Below are positions 53,126-63,310 of a stretch of 64,000 bases of DNA, piece after piece; the stretch's first letter is position 1; each line of letters begins with the position of its first letter. The stretch covers positions 34,530 to 98,529 of the forward strand of contig JAFYOP010000006.1 of NCBI GenBank assembly GCA_017547885.1, given 5' to 3'. This DNA comes from Clostridia bacterium (GTDB lineage Bacteria; Bacillota; Clostridia; Christensenellales; CAG-138). The notes below the pieces were generated by a model that did no database searches, was not told where the DNA came from, and was given only the letters and a program-made list of their open reading frames with translations. The position numbers and the translations under genes are program-made.

Positions 53126-54151
53126 CTATATTTCCATCTTCTGCTGTGCGCTGTCCATGGGCGGGGTATATCCCATGTGCGAATATCCTCTGGGCAGTAC
53201 TATGCGGCCTCTGGGCGTGCGGGCGATAAAGCCCAGCTGTATAAGATACGGCTCATACACGTCCTCAATAGTAGTGGCGTCATCCCCTGTGGCTGCGGCT
53301 ATGGTATCAAGGCCCACCGGCCGCCCGGAAAACTTTTCTATCATGGTGGTGAGCATGCGCCTGTCCACTGCGTCCAGGCCCACCTCATCTATGGCCAGCA
53401 TATCCAGACCGGCCCTTGCGGTTTCAAGGTCTATCACGCCGTTGCCCTTTACCTGAGCATAGTCACGCACACGCTTCAGCAGCCTGTTTACTATTCTGGG
53501 GGTGCCCCTTGAGCGGGACGCTATCTCTATTGCTCCCTCAGGGTCTATGCCTATATTAAGTATATCCGCGCTGCGCTCTATTATCTCCTTAAGGGAGTCC
53601 ACATCGTACAGCTCCAGCTGTTCCTTTATGCCGAACCTGTCCCTCAAGGGAGACGTTAAAAGACCAAGGCGGGTGGTTGCCCCTATGAGGGTAAACTTTG
53701 GCAGGTCTATGCGTATGGAATGGGCAGATGGTCCCTTTCCGATAATTATGTCGATGGAGTAATCCTCCATGGCAGGATACAGTACCTCTTCAACATTTGC
53801 ATTGAGCCTGTGTATCTCGTCAATAAACAGCACATCACCGGGAGCAAGGTTGGTAAGTATAGCGGCAAGGTCTCCTGCATGGGATATGGCAGGGCCTGAG
53901 GTGACCCTGAGGTTTCCACCCATCTCGTTTGCCACTATGGCCGCAAGTGTGGTCTTGCCCAGACCCGGCGGACCGTAAAACAGCGCATGATCCAAAGGTT
54001 CGCCCCTGTGCTTGGCGGCCTGAATGTATATGCGCATATGCTCCTTTACGTTGTGCTGGCCTATATATTCGTTAAGGTAGCGGGGACGCAGGCTGTATTC
54101 TATTTGTTCATCCTCACCGGTCATGGAGGAAGTGATGAGTCTGTCATCCAT
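53126..54151 (-). CDS. ruvB: Holliday junction helicase RuvB
   Basis: [24 protein letters not shown]. Confidence 0.97.
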   Translation of the reverse strand: MDDRLITSSMTGEDEQIEYSLRPRYLNEYIGQHNVKEHMRIYIQAAKHRGEPLDHALFYGPPGLGKTTLAAIVANEMGGNLRVTSGPAISHAGDLAAILTNLAPGDVLFIDEIHRLNANVEEVLYPAMEDYSIDIIIGKGPSAHSIRIDLPKFTLIGATTRLGLLTSPLRDRFGIKEQLELYDVDSLKEIIERSADILNIGIDPEGAIEIASRSRGTPRIVNRLLKRVRDYAQVKGNGVIDLETARAGLDMLAIDEVGLDAVDRRMLTTMIEKFSGRPVGLDTIAAATGDDATTIEDVYEPYLIQLGFIARTPRGRIVLPRGYSHMGYTPPMDSAQQKMEI

Positions 54152-54753
54152 TAAAAGCCGCTCCTTTTACCTATCTCTCTCAGTGCCTTGGTTATCATGT
54201 CCTCAACTCTTGCGCACTCGCCCACGGCGCTTACCGCCCGTCCTGCGCTTACGCCGTCATATCCCAGCGCCACAAGGGCCGCTATGGCTTCGGTACGCAT
54301 ATCCACGCTGCCTTCCGCCACTTGGGGCCCGCTTGCCGCTCCCATTGTATCCTCTGTGACCTTTTCCTTAAGCTCCAGCAGCAGCCTTGCTGCGGTCTTT
54401 TTGCCAAGGCCGGGGATGCGGTCAAATGCGGCTGCGTTCTGGGTCACTATTGCCATAGCAATATCAGAAGGGGCAAGCTTGCTGAGTATGCCAAGGGCCA
54501 GCTTTGGGCCCACCCTGTTTACTGCAATAAGCCTGCGGAACATTGCCCGTTCATCGGAAGTCATAAAACCATACAGAGTGACCGTGCCGTCCTGACTTAC
54601 GTTAAAGTGGGTAAGCAGCTTTGCCTTATCCCCAACAGAAAGCTGACGAAGGGTGGCATCTGAGCAGATAAGCTCATATCCAACTCCAGCTGCCTCTATA
54701 ACTACTCTGTCCAGATTTTTTTCGTCTACTGTTCCTCGAATGTATGCGTACAT
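54151..54753 (-). CDS. ruvA: Holliday junction binding protein RuvA
   Basis: [34 protein letters not shown]. Confidence 0.96.
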   Translation of the reverse strand: MYAYIRGTVDEKNLDRVVIEAAGVGYELICSDATLRQLSVGDKAKLLTHFNVSQDGTVTLYGFMTSDERAMFRRLIAVNRVGPKLALGILSKLAPSDIAMAIVTQNAAAFDRIPGLGKKTAARLLLELKEKVTEDTMGAASGPQVAEGSVDMRTEAIAALVALGYDGVSAGRAVSAVGECARVEDMITKALREIGKRSGF

Positions 54754-54766
54754 GTCTGCTCCGATA

Positions 54767-55264
54767 TTACTTTATGCTGAACTGTGGCCTTGCGGCCTCT
54801 GAGGTGTTTGCGTGACATATTGCGGCGCCCAGTGCATCCGCTGCGTCATCCGGCTTTGGTATTGTTTTAAGGTTTAACAGCAGCCTTACCATCTGCTGCA
54901 TCTGGGTTTTATCGGCGTGTCCGTTGCCGGTAACGGCAAGCTTTATCTGCATGGGTGTGTATTCGTAAAGGGGAATGCCGCTCTGCTCTGCCGCAAGCAT
55001 GGCCACTCCTCGGCCTGCGCCCACCTGTATGGCAGTGGTAACATTGCGGGCAAAGAAAAGCTCTTCAAATACGGCACAGTCCGGCTTGTAGGTTTCAAGC
55101 AGTGCCCGGGTTCCCGCGTAAAGCTTATTCAGCCTGTGGGGAAACTGCTCGGTTGCCTTTGTCTCCACCACGCCGTAGTCTATTACCTTTAGGCTCCGCC
55201 CGTTGGACTGTATCACGCCGTAGCCCAGTATGGCGTATCCCGGGTCGATTCCCAATATAATCAA
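54767..55264 (-). CDS. ruvC: Crossover junction endodeoxyribonuclease RuvC
   Basis: ILGIDPG, EELFF, YTPMQIK, DDAADAL. Confidence 0.96.
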   Translation of the reverse strand: MIILGIDPGYAILGYGVIQSNGRSLKVIDYGVVETKATEQFPHRLNKLYAGTRALLETYKPDCAVFEELFFARNVTTAIQVGAGRGVAMLAAEQSGIPLYEYTPMQIKLAVTGNGHADKTQMQQMVRLLLNLKTIPKPDDAADALGAAICHANTSEAARPQFSIK

Positions 55265-55327
55265 AATCTGCCACCCCATAATACACTATATTGTATATAT
55301 TGTACCATGAGCGGCAGTTTTTAACAA

Positions 55328-55864
55328 CTATTCATCTATCCCTTCCATATACAGGTTGACCTCCTCAAGGTCATCAAACACCATGCCTTTTCCCATTTCC
55401 TCATAGGCCCCGTGCTCTGAAGTTATGTCCAGCGTACACACCTCGGTCCTTTGCAGTGTTTCCGCATCTGTTTTGTATACCGCCACAGCATCGCCCTCGC
55501 TTCCCGTATAATAATGCTCGGGACAGCAGTAGTCGTATTCCCTGTACAGGGCCATAACACCATCTTTCAACTCAAAATTATAGCCGCCGTAACTTTCCAT
55601 AGTTTCTTCAAGTTTTGATGTGGTAACCACCTCTCCCTCCGGCCGTTCCAGTATATGACCACACCGGAATATATTTACCGTAGTGACAGTGTAGCTTTCC
55701 TCCGCAGCAACAGGAAGCCGGACTTCTTCGTCCGTCTCATGTATCTGTATAGTTTCCTCAGGCACTTTGTTTTCCCCGCCTATACTATATCCTATGCCAA
55801 CACCCAGCATCAGCAGTGCAATGCCCAGTATGGCAGTCTGGTAGGTTTTGTATCCGTTATTCAC
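55328..55864 (-). CDS. BofC C-terminal domain-like sporulation protein
   Basis: N-terminal signal/TM, CPEHYY..EGDAVAVY and KGMVF..LEEV..YMEG-like end; upstream of ruv genes as Bacillus bofC is. Confidence 0.6.
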   Translation of the reverse strand: MNNGYKTYQTAILGIALLMLGVGIGYSIGGENKVPEETIQIHETDEEVRLPVAAEESYTVTTVNIFRCGHILERPEGEVVTTSKLEETMESYGGYNFELKDGVMALYREYDYCCPEHYYTGSEGDAVAVYKTDAETLQRTEVCTLDITSEHGAYEEMGKGMVFDDLEEVNLYMEGIDE

Positions 55865-55939
55865 TTTATCACGCTCCTTTTTGGGGCTTATTATTCCCAA
55901 AAGTATGCACATCAAAACAAACCTGTGCCAAACATAAAA

Positions 55940-55967
55940 CCGCCGGAGGATATTTTCCTCCGGCGGA
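55940..55967 (-). terminator. Rho-independent terminator of ygeYW
   Basis: CCGCCGGAGGA-loop-TCCTCCGGCGG with a T run on the minus strand. Confidence 0.8.
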
Positions 55968-55984
55968 TTATGTTTATTCAGCCA

Positions 55985-57178
55985 TTAGCCGTTGTGGCGC
56001 TTCTGAGCCTTTTCTTCCAGCTCCTTCAGCTTTGCGGCGGGATCCTTTACCTTTGCGAGGAAGATCATGGCTGCAATGATGTAGGGCTTGTAGGAAGCTT
56101 CCTTGTAGAGAGGATCACGATAGCGATCGAATACGGAAGCAGCTACCTCGCCTTCCTTGCAGGAAACGTCGGTAATGTCAGCAGGCAGGCAGTGCATGTA
56201 CATGGCCTTGCCGTCCTTGGTGAGGGCCATCATTTCCTCGGTGCACTCCCAGTCCTTGTGCTCGGCGTTCTGGGCCAGCAGGCGCTTTTCCAGAGCCTTT
56301 ATGCCTTCCATGTCGCCCTTGCCGTACAGCTCGGTGCGCTCTTCCATTGCCTTGAAGGGAGCCCAGCTCTTGGGGTATACAACGTCGGCATCCTTGAAGG
56401 CTTCTGCCATGGAGTTGGTGATCTCAAACTTACCGCCCTGCTCGGCAGCGTTCTTCTTGGCAACTTCCACTACTTCGTCCATTACTTCGTATCCCTCGGG
56501 ATATGCAAGGGTTACATCCATGCCCAGACGGGTCATCAGGCCAATGATGCCCTGAGGTACGGAGAGTGGCTTGCCGTAGCTGGGGCTGTATGCCCAGGTC
56601 ATGGCGATCTTCTTGCCCTTGAGGTTTTCTACGCCGCCGTACAGGTTGATGAGATGCAGAGCATCTGCCATGGCCTGAGTGGGATGGTCGATATCGCACT
56701 GGAGGTTTACCAGAGTGGGCTTCTGCTCCAGAACGCCGGCCTTGTGGCCGTCGGTAACGGCGTCTACAACGTTATGCATGTAGGTGTTGCCCTTGCCGAT
56801 GTACATATCGTCACGGATACCGATAACGTCTGCCATGAAGGAGATCATGTTGGCGGTTTCGCGAACGGTTTCGCCGTGGGCTATCTGGCTCTTGCCCTCG
56901 TCCAGATCCTGTACCTCAAGGCCCAGCAGGTTGCAGGCAGAGGCAAAGGAGAAGCGGGTACGGGTGGAGTTATCGCGGAAAAGGCTGATGCCAAGGCCGC
57001 TGTCAAAAATCTTGGTGGAGATGTTGTTCTCGCGCAGATGACGCAGGGCATCGGCCACGGTGAATACAGCTTCCAGTTCCTCACGGCTCTTCTCCCAGGT
57101 AAGGAAGAAGTCGCCTTCGTACATGTTCTCAAAGTTCAGCTTATCCAGCTTATCGGTAAACTGCTTAACGTTGCTCAT
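55985..57178 (-). CDS. ygeW: Knotted carbamoyltransferase YgeW
   Basis: DFFLTWEK, FRDNSTRTRFSF, LQCDIDHPTQ, WAYSPSYGKPLSVPQG, HCLPAD. Confidence 0.94.
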   Translation of the reverse strand: MSNVKQFTDKLDKLNFENMYEGDFFLTWEKSREELEAVFTVADALRHLRENNISTKIFDSGLGISLFRDNSTRTRFSFASACNLLGLEVQDLDEGKSQIAHGETVRETANMISFMADVIGIRDDMYIGKGNTYMHNVVDAVTDGHKAGVLEQKPTLVNLQCDIDHPTQAMADALHLINLYGGVENLKGKKIAMTWAYSPSYGKPLSVPQGIIGLMTRLGMDVTLAYPEGYEVMDEVVEVAKKNAAEQGGKFEITNSMAEAFKDADVVYPKSWAPFKAMEERTELYGKGDMEGIKALEKRLLAQNAEHKDWECTEEMMALTKDGKAMYMHCLPADITDVSCKEGEVAASVFDRYRDPLYKEASYKPYIIAAMIFLAKVKDPAAKLKELEEKAQKRHNG

Positions 57179-57202
57179 AGTAATCCTCCAAATATTTTTA
57201 AA

Positions 57203-58573
57203 TTAACGAATGTCGTTGTTGGTCTTGCCGGCACGGAACTGGCAAATATCATCGGTCTTGTTCTCAGCCTTGTACATGGAGGGAACAAGGGCATACAGGG
57301 CTGCACAGGTGGCAAGGTCCTGCTTCCAGATGATCTCATTGGGGGCATGAGCCTGGCTCTCTGCGCCGGGGCCGAAGCCTACGCAGGGGATGCCGTAGCG
57401 ACCCTGAATGGAAACGCCGTTGGTGGAGAAGGTCCACTTGTCGATGAGGGGACGATGGCGCTTATCCATGGAGGAGGGTACGCCGATGCGCTCTTCGCCG
57501 AAGAGTGCCTTGTGGGCATCGTAGAGAGCCTGTACGTGTGCTGCACTCTCCTTGTTAATCCAGGTGGGGAAATAACACTCGGTCTCGTATACCAGGCCGG
57601 TCCATGCGGGACGGTCATACATGTACATGGAAACCTTTACGTCGTCGCCGTACTTCTTGCAGGCGGGCAGGTTGCGGATCTCTTCAAGGCAGGAATCCCA
57701 GGTTTCGCCGGCTGTCATGCGGCGGTCAAGGGATACTGCGCAGGAGTCTGCAACGGCGCAGCGGGAGGGAGAAGTATAGAAAATCTGAGAGGCGGCGATG
57801 GTACCGCGGCCCAGGAAGCGTGCATCTTCCCAATGATCGGGATTGTACTTGGCATCCAGCATCTTTACGAGGCCCTTGATCTCGGTGCCTTCCTCAGCAT
57901 CGTTCTCGTTGAGGGCGCGTACTTCCTGAAGGATGTCAGCCATCTTGTAGATGGCGTTGTCGCCGCGCTCGGGAGCGGAACCGTGGCAGGATACGCCCTT
58001 TACGTCTACGCGGATTTCCATACGGCCGCGATGACCGCGATAGATGCCGCCGTCGGTGGGCTCGGTGGATACTACAAACTCGGGAACGATCTTATCCTCG
58101 TTGTAGATGTACTGCCAGCACATGCCGTCGCAGTCCTCTTCCTGTACGGAAGCAACTACCAGAATCTTGTAGCCCTCGGGAATGAGGCCAAGGTCCTTCA
58201 TGATCTTTGCGCCGTATACGGCGGATACTACGCCGCCTTCCTGGTCGGAAGCGCCGCGGCCGTAGATGATCTCGTCAGTCTCATAGCCCTCGTAGGGGTC
58301 ATGCTCCCAGTTGTTGATGTTGCCGATGCCAACTGTATCGATATGTCCGTCGAAGGCAATGATCTTTTCGCCATCACCCATCCAGCCCAGCGCATTGCCC
58401 AGGGGATCGATCTCGGCCTTGTCAAAGCCCAGCTTGTTCATCTCCTCTATGGTGCGCCTTACTACGCCCTCTTCGTCGCAGCTCTCGCTGGGAATGGCAA
58501 TAAGGTCCCTGAGGAACTTGGTCATGTCGGGGATATAAGCCTGTGCCGCTTTTTTGATGCCTTCGTAGTCCAT
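57203..58573 (-). CDS. ygeY: YgeY family M20 amidohydrolase
   Basis: [44 protein letters not shown]; adjacent to ygeW. Confidence 0.92.
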   Translation of the reverse strand: MDYEGIKKAAQAYIPDMTKFLRDLIAIPSESCDEEGVVRRTIEEMNKLGFDKAEIDPLGNALGWMGDGEKIIAFDGHIDTVGIGNINNWEHDPYEGYETDEIIYGRGASDQEGGVVSAVYGAKIMKDLGLIPEGYKILVVASVQEEDCDGMCWQYIYNEDKIVPEFVVSTEPTDGGIYRGHRGRMEIRVDVKGVSCHGSAPERGDNAIYKMADILQEVRALNENDAEEGTEIKGLVKMLDAKYNPDHWEDARFLGRGTIAASQIFYTSPSRCAVADSCAVSLDRRMTAGETWDSCLEEIRNLPACKKYGDDVKVSMYMYDRPAWTGLVYETECYFPTWINKESAAHVQALYDAHKALFGEERIGVPSSMDKRHRPLIDKWTFSTNGVSIQGRYGIPCVGFGPGAESQAHAPNEIIWKQDLATCAALYALVPSMYKAENKTDDICQFRAGKTNNDIR

Positions 58574-58755
58574 GGTTGATTCCTTTCTTTTTTTAAAATT
58601 GAAATGCCGATCAAAGTGCTGATTTACGTATTGATGGGACAATGTGCCCTCTTCTTATTGACAATTATATATCAGCTCAGAAAGTTTTTCAATCACTAAC
58701 CCAAAAATTTTTTAGCTTTTCAAAAAAATTTTATTCGGACGGCGTTTTTTGCTCC

Positions 58756-60333
58756 TTATCGCCGTATAACGGCGCCCTTTACACCCTTCATCAGCTGTCC
58801 GTTCTGCAGTTTTATCTTTCCGCCCAGCAGTACATACTCCATGCCGCAGGCCATACATGCAGGGTCTGAATAGCTTCCTCTTTCCTTTATCTGCCTGGGG
58901 TCGAATACGTTTACGTCCCCATCCATCCCAACGGCAATTCTGCCCTTGTTTTTCAGCCTGAGGGCAGCCGCGGGAGCTGATGTCATTATTTCTATTGCCC
59001 TCTGCAGTGTAATGTCCTCCCGCTCGTATACATACCGCTGTATTATACGGGGAAAACTGCCGTAAAGCCGTGGGTGAGGCCTCCCGCCAACAGGATATAT
59101 TGAATCCGATATTACGCTTGCGCCTTTAGCGCCGTATATGCGGGCAATATCCTCATCGCATGTTATAAAGTCTATCATGGTGACAGCGCAGTTTTCTTCT
59201 ATGAGTATATTGCACAGGCAATCGATGGGACTTTCACACCGAAGCTGCGCCGCCTCCATAATGGTATTGCCCTCGTATTGCCTGTTGGCATCGGTATTCA
59301 CCACAGCAATAACAATATTGTCCCAGCCAACCATGCCTGCGATATTGTCAAAGTCAGTGCCGCAGGCTATGCGCTCTTCCAGTTCCTTTCTCTTGGCCTT
59401 ATCCCTAAGCCGCTCTGTTACGGCGGCAGTTCCGCCCTCTATGAAATCCGGGGGAAGCACATGCATCAGCTGTGTTGAGCCTGCGGTATATGGATATGCG
59501 TCAAATGTTATATCCACCCCATCCTCAGCAGCTTTTTGTATCAGCTCCAGCGCTCGGGGTATCAGCCTGTTCCAGTTGCGCTTGCCCATGGCCTTAAGGT
59601 GGCTTATATGTACCGGAGCCTTCAGCGCCCTTGCTATGGCGATCACTTCCTCAACGGAGCGGCATACTCCGTCCCCCTCCTGACGCATATGAAAGGCTAT
59701 GGGTATGTCGGTATTTTTCAATGGTGCAAGGCCTTTTATCAGTTCCTCGGTTGTCAGAAAGCATTCCGGCGCATAGCCGAGGCCCAATGACACACCAAGG
59801 GTGCCTGCAGACAGTTCCCTTTCAAGTATTGCATGGAATCTTGCAAAGTCATCGTCATGTGGATGCTTGCCCCCATAGCCCAGTATTCCGGCCCATATGG
59901 TGCCGCAGCCTGTGAGCATGCCAATGTTCAGCGGAGGAGCTGCCTGTTCAAGGCTTGTCAAATACCCTTGTGCAGAGCCTGTATCCGCCATGGGCAGCAT
60001 ATCCCCCAGCACAGGCCTAAGATACCCTTCAAGGCTGCTGCCCTTTTCCACGGGGGCGGGCCCCATGCCGCAGTTTCCGTTTATTATGGTGGTAAGGCCC
60101 TGCATAAGCTCAGCCTCACCAAAGCCATCGCGAAAGGCCGCCATATCCCCGTGGCGGTGTATGTCGATAAAGCCCGGAGCAACGCACTTGCCTTCGGCAT
60201 CTATCTCAATTGCCGCCTCAGCCTGTATATGTCCCACTTCTGCAATTTTTCCGTTGCACACAGCAATGTCCCCTGTAAAGGGAGCATTGATGCCGTCATA
60301 TATGTTTCCGTTTTTTATGAGAATATCGATCAT
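58756..60333 (-). CDS. N-acyl-D-amino-acid deacylase-like amidohydrolase
   Basis: PGFIDIHRHGD, GNCG, HMRQE, HISHLK, DAYPYTAGST, PHPRLYGSFPR. Confidence 0.88.
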   Translation of the reverse strand: MIDILIKNGNIYDGINAPFTGDIAVCNGKIAEVGHIQAEAAIEIDAEGKCVAPGFIDIHRHGDMAAFRDGFGEAELMQGLTTIINGNCGMGPAPVEKGSSLEGYLRPVLGDMLPMADTGSAQGYLTSLEQAAPPLNIGMLTGCGTIWAGILGYGGKHPHDDDFARFHAILERELSAGTLGVSLGLGYAPECFLTTEELIKGLAPLKNTDIPIAFHMRQEGDGVCRSVEEVIAIARALKAPVHISHLKAMGKRNWNRLIPRALELIQKAAEDGVDITFDAYPYTAGSTQLMHVLPPDFIEGGTAAVTERLRDKAKRKELEERIACGTDFDNIAGMVGWDNIVIAVVNTDANRQYEGNTIMEAAQLRCESPIDCLCNILIEENCAVTMIDFITCDEDIARIYGAKGASVISDSIYPVGGRPHPRLYGSFPRIIQRYVYEREDITLQRAIEIMTSAPAAALRLKNKGRIAVGMDGDVNVFDPRQIKERGSYSDPACMACGMEYVLLGGKIKLQNGQLMKGVKGAVIRR

Positions 60334-60455
60334 ATGCAATTCACCTTCCTGACATTGATTTTAATACCCGAATTTCGCTTAATCAACGTATACCATGGAA
60401 AAGGGCAAAAAAATATGATAATGTTATGCTATGAAATGCATTTGGAGGTAGCTAT

Positions 60456-61187
60456 ATGCCATCCGTACTGATAACAGGCGCATCCCGCGGCATAGGCCGC
60501 GCCACAGCCCTTGCCTTTGCAAAAGCAGGCTGGTGGGTAGCCGCAAATTACAATAATTCCATGGAAGAAGCTCTTTCCCTTGTAGAGGAGATAAAGGCCA
60601 TGGGTGGTACTGCCATAGCCATAAAGTGCGACGTATCGGATCACGACGCCTGCGCATCCATGGTAAAGCAGGCAAAGGATGCCTTTGGACATATAGATGC
60701 CATGATAAACAACGCAGGCATATCCTGCGACATGCTCTTTACGGATACCACCCCCGAGGACTGGCGGCGAACATTCGCGATCAACACCGACGGGGCATAC
60801 AATTGCTGCCACGCAGTGCTTGGGGATATGATAGCCAGAAAGAAGGGCGCAATAGTAAACGTTTCCTCCATATGGGGGGTTACGGGCGGCAGCTGCGAGG
60901 TGGCATACTCCGCATCCAAGGCGGCCCTTATAGGCCTCACAAAGGCGCTGGCCAAGGAGATGGGCCCATCAAATATCAGGGTGAACTGCGTTGCTCCCGG
61001 CGTCATTTCCACCGATATGAACCGTAACCTCAGCCCCGCTGACCTTCAGGCCCTCAGCGATGAAACTCCTCTATGCCGCATAGGCACCCCTGAGGAAATC
61101 GCAGAGACCATACTTTTCCTCGCCTCAGAAATGTCCTCCTTTATAACAGGGGCTGTATTGGGAGTAAACGGCGGGCTGCTGATATAA
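60456..61187 (+). CDS. SDR oxidoreductase, YmfI/FabG-like
   Basis: TGASRGIG, NNAG, SSIWG..GSCEVAYSASK pattern typical of YmfI-type SDRs. Confidence 0.85.
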   Translation: MPSVLITGASRGIGRATALAFAKAGWWVAANYNNSMEEALSLVEEIKAMGGTAIAIKCDVSDHDACASMVKQAKDAFGHIDAMINNAGISCDMLFTDTTPEDWRRTFAINTDGAYNCCHAVLGDMIARKKGAIVNVSSIWGVTGGSCEVAYSASKAALIGLTKALAKEMGPSNIRVNCVAPGVISTDMNRNLSPADLQALSDETPLCRIGTPEEIAETILFLASEMSSFITGAVLGVNGGLLI

Positions 61188-61199
61188 CACATAAAAAAA

Positions 61200-61231
61200 C
61201 ATTCCCGGAAATTATCCGGGAATGCTTTTTT
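61200..61231. terminator. Bidirectional terminator
   Basis: CATTCCCGGA-AATTA-TCCGGGAATG flanked by A and T runs. Confidence 0.85.
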
Positions 61232-61234
61232 AAA

Positions 61235-61456
61235 TTAAGCGATTTTGTCCAGCTTTGCAAGCAGGTCGTTTACGCTTCTGATCTGGGATTCATCCTCTAC
61301 CAGGATGCCGAATTCGTCCTCAATGCTGAGAATGAGCTCGGTAACGTCCAGAGAATCCAGATTCAGCTGATCCACGGTGGATTCAGGGGTAACCTGCTCT
61401 TTGGGTACACCTGCGACCTCGTTCATTATCTCGCAGATGCGTTCGAAGTTATGCAT
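61235..61456 (-). CDS. Acyl carrier protein
   Basis: LNLDSLDVTEL..IEDEFGI; acidic 73-aa protein; GGAGG RBS. Confidence 0.9.
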   Translation of the reverse strand: MHNFERICEIMNEVAGVPKEQVTPESTVDQLNLDSLDVTELILSIEDEFGILVEDESQIRSVNDLLAKLDKIA

Positions 61457-61615
61457 AATATAAGTCCTCCGCTTTGCAGCATACTTAATAATACTGCAAA
61501 TATTGATAAAAAATACCATGACATTCTATCCGACGCGGGGCAATATGTCAATGCTTATTCCCATTCATATATAATATGGTATAATACATAAGGCGCATTT
61601 TACCGGGAGGAGACC

Positions 61616-62698
61616 ATGGCAAGAGTAGCCAGATCCGAAAGCAAAAAGAAAAAACAGCGGGGTTCCTTCTTCAGAAGATTCCTCATAACCACCATCATCG
61701 CAGTATTTCTGCTGTCGGTGCTGTTTGCCATGTCCGGAAATCCCTTTGAGGATATACAGCTGCCCACCTTCGCACAGAATGCCTCTACCCCCTCATCCTC
61801 ACCCGCTTTGTCAGCCCCGCAGCAAACCCCACAGCCTGACAAGGCCACGCTGGATGCATACTTTATCGACGTGGGCCAGGGTGACAGCATACTGCTCATA
61901 TCCCCCGGCGGAAAAACCATGCTGATAGACGCAGGAGAAAGCACCGCCATGTACGCCGTGCGTTCCGTACTAAAAGGCCTTAAGATAAAAAAACTGGATG
62001 CCGTAATAACCACCCATCCCCACAGCGACCATATCGGCGGCATACCTGCCATTATACGCTCCTTTGATATCGGCGCCTTTTACATGCCGGATGTATCCAA
62101 CCCCTCCGCAAGCTACAGCGATATGGTATCCGCCCTGAACGGAGCATCCCTGCGGGTAAATTACCTCTCCGCCGACCGTACCCCCACCATCGAATGGGAC
62201 GAGAATGTAACAATAGAGGTACTCTCCCCCTTTGACGACGTGGCCTACCAGAGCGTGAACAATTACAGCGTCATCCTCAGGGTGTCCTACGGCGGCACTT
62301 CCGTTCTGCTTACAGGTGACGCTGAAGGGGATGGAGTATACTCTGCGGAATACACAGCACTTGCAAGAAACACAGCGGACAAATTCCGCTGTACCGTGCT
62401 GAAGGTACCTCACCACGGCTCTCTGTCTTCCCTTTCCGATGCCTTCCTCTCTGCCGCCTCCCCGGAATACGCAGTAATCTCCGTGGGCAGCGGCAACGAT
62501 TACGGCCACCCCCACCAGAGCACCCTTAAAAAGCTGGAAAATAGCGATATAAGAATATTCCGCACAGACAAGCACGGTACCCTTCACTTTTCCATGGACG
62601 GAGAAGACACAGTCATTTCCGTAGTACAAAAGTCCTCCCCCGGCAGTTTCTTTGCCAATATCGGCGAGGGCATAAGGAATATCTTTAATAAGAAATAG
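61616..62698 (+). CDS. Membrane-anchored ComEC/Rec2-type MBL-fold hydrolase
   Basis: FIDVGQGDS, THPHSDHIGG, NNYS, LTGDAE, KVPHHGS, NDYGHPH, RTDKHG. Confidence 0.9.
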   Translation: MARVARSESKKKKQRGSFFRRFLITTIIAVFLLSVLFAMSGNPFEDIQLPTFAQNASTPSSSPALSAPQQTPQPDKATLDAYFIDVGQGDSILLISPGGKTMLIDAGESTAMYAVRSVLKGLKIKKLDAVITTHPHSDHIGGIPAIIRSFDIGAFYMPDVSNPSASYSDMVSALNGASLRVNYLSADRTPTIEWDENVTIEVLSPFDDVAYQSVNNYSVILRVSYGGTSVLLTGDAEGDGVYSAEYTALARNTADKFRCTVLKVPHHGSLSSLSDAFLSAASPEYAVISVGSGNDYGHPHQSTLKKLENSDIRIFRTDKHGTLHFSMDGEDTVISVVQKSSPGSFFANIGEGIRNIFNKK

Positions 62699-62707
62699 GA
62701 GAATGCC

Positions 62708-63256
62708 ATGAATTATGCTCCCCGCAGCATTACTTTAAAAAACGGGCTCACCGCTGCTGTGCAAAGTCCCTCTGCCCTTCATGCAAAGCAGATGATAGCC
62801 TACATGAAAGCCATGTCCGCAGAGACCGAATGCGTTGGCCGCTATCCTGAGGAGATCATTGAAACCCCGGAATACGAGGCAGAGCTGCTGGACAATACCC
62901 TGTCTTCGCCGAACAGCGTGCAGATATCGGTTTTTATTGACGGTATCATTGCCGCCAATGCCACCATCACCCCATACAGCGGGAGAATAAAATTCCGCCA
63001 CAGGGCTGTGTTCGGCATTGCCGTGCTGCAAAAGTACTGGGGGCTTGGCTTGGGCCGTATGCTGACAGAGGCCTGTATACAGTGCGCAAGGGACATGGGC
63101 TATGCGCAGATAGAGCTTACTGCGCTGGAGGATAACGTCAAAGGCATATCATTGTATAAAAGCGTCGGCTTTAAGCAATGGGGCCGCCTTGAAGGCGGTT
63201 CACATCTTAAGGACGGCAGCATAAAGACCGAGGTATACATGGTAAAGTATCTTTGA
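62708..63256 (+). CDS. GNAT family N-acetyltransferase
   Basis: FGIAVLQKYWGLGLG, N..GISLYKSVGF. Confidence 0.88.
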   Translation: MNYAPRSITLKNGLTAAVQSPSALHAKQMIAYMKAMSAETECVGRYPEEIIETPEYEAELLDNTLSSPNSVQISVFIDGIIAANATITPYSGRIKFRHRAVFGIAVLQKYWGLGLGRMLTEACIQCARDMGYAQIELTALEDNVKGISLYKSVGFKQWGRLEGGSHLKDGSIKTEVYMVKYL

Positions 63257-63269
63257 TAATCAGCATACA

Positions 63270-63293
63270 AAAAGCACCCCAAAGGGGTGCTTT
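63270..63293. terminator. Bidirectional terminator
   Basis: AAAGCACCCC-AAA-GGGGTGCTTT. Confidence 0.85.
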
Positions 63294-63310
63294 AATGTTT
63301 GCGGTAATTT

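Noticed and set aside
55655-58579. 974-aa ORF on + strand
   Set aside because: Antisense shadow of ygeW/ygeY caused by codon bias; no recognisable motifs
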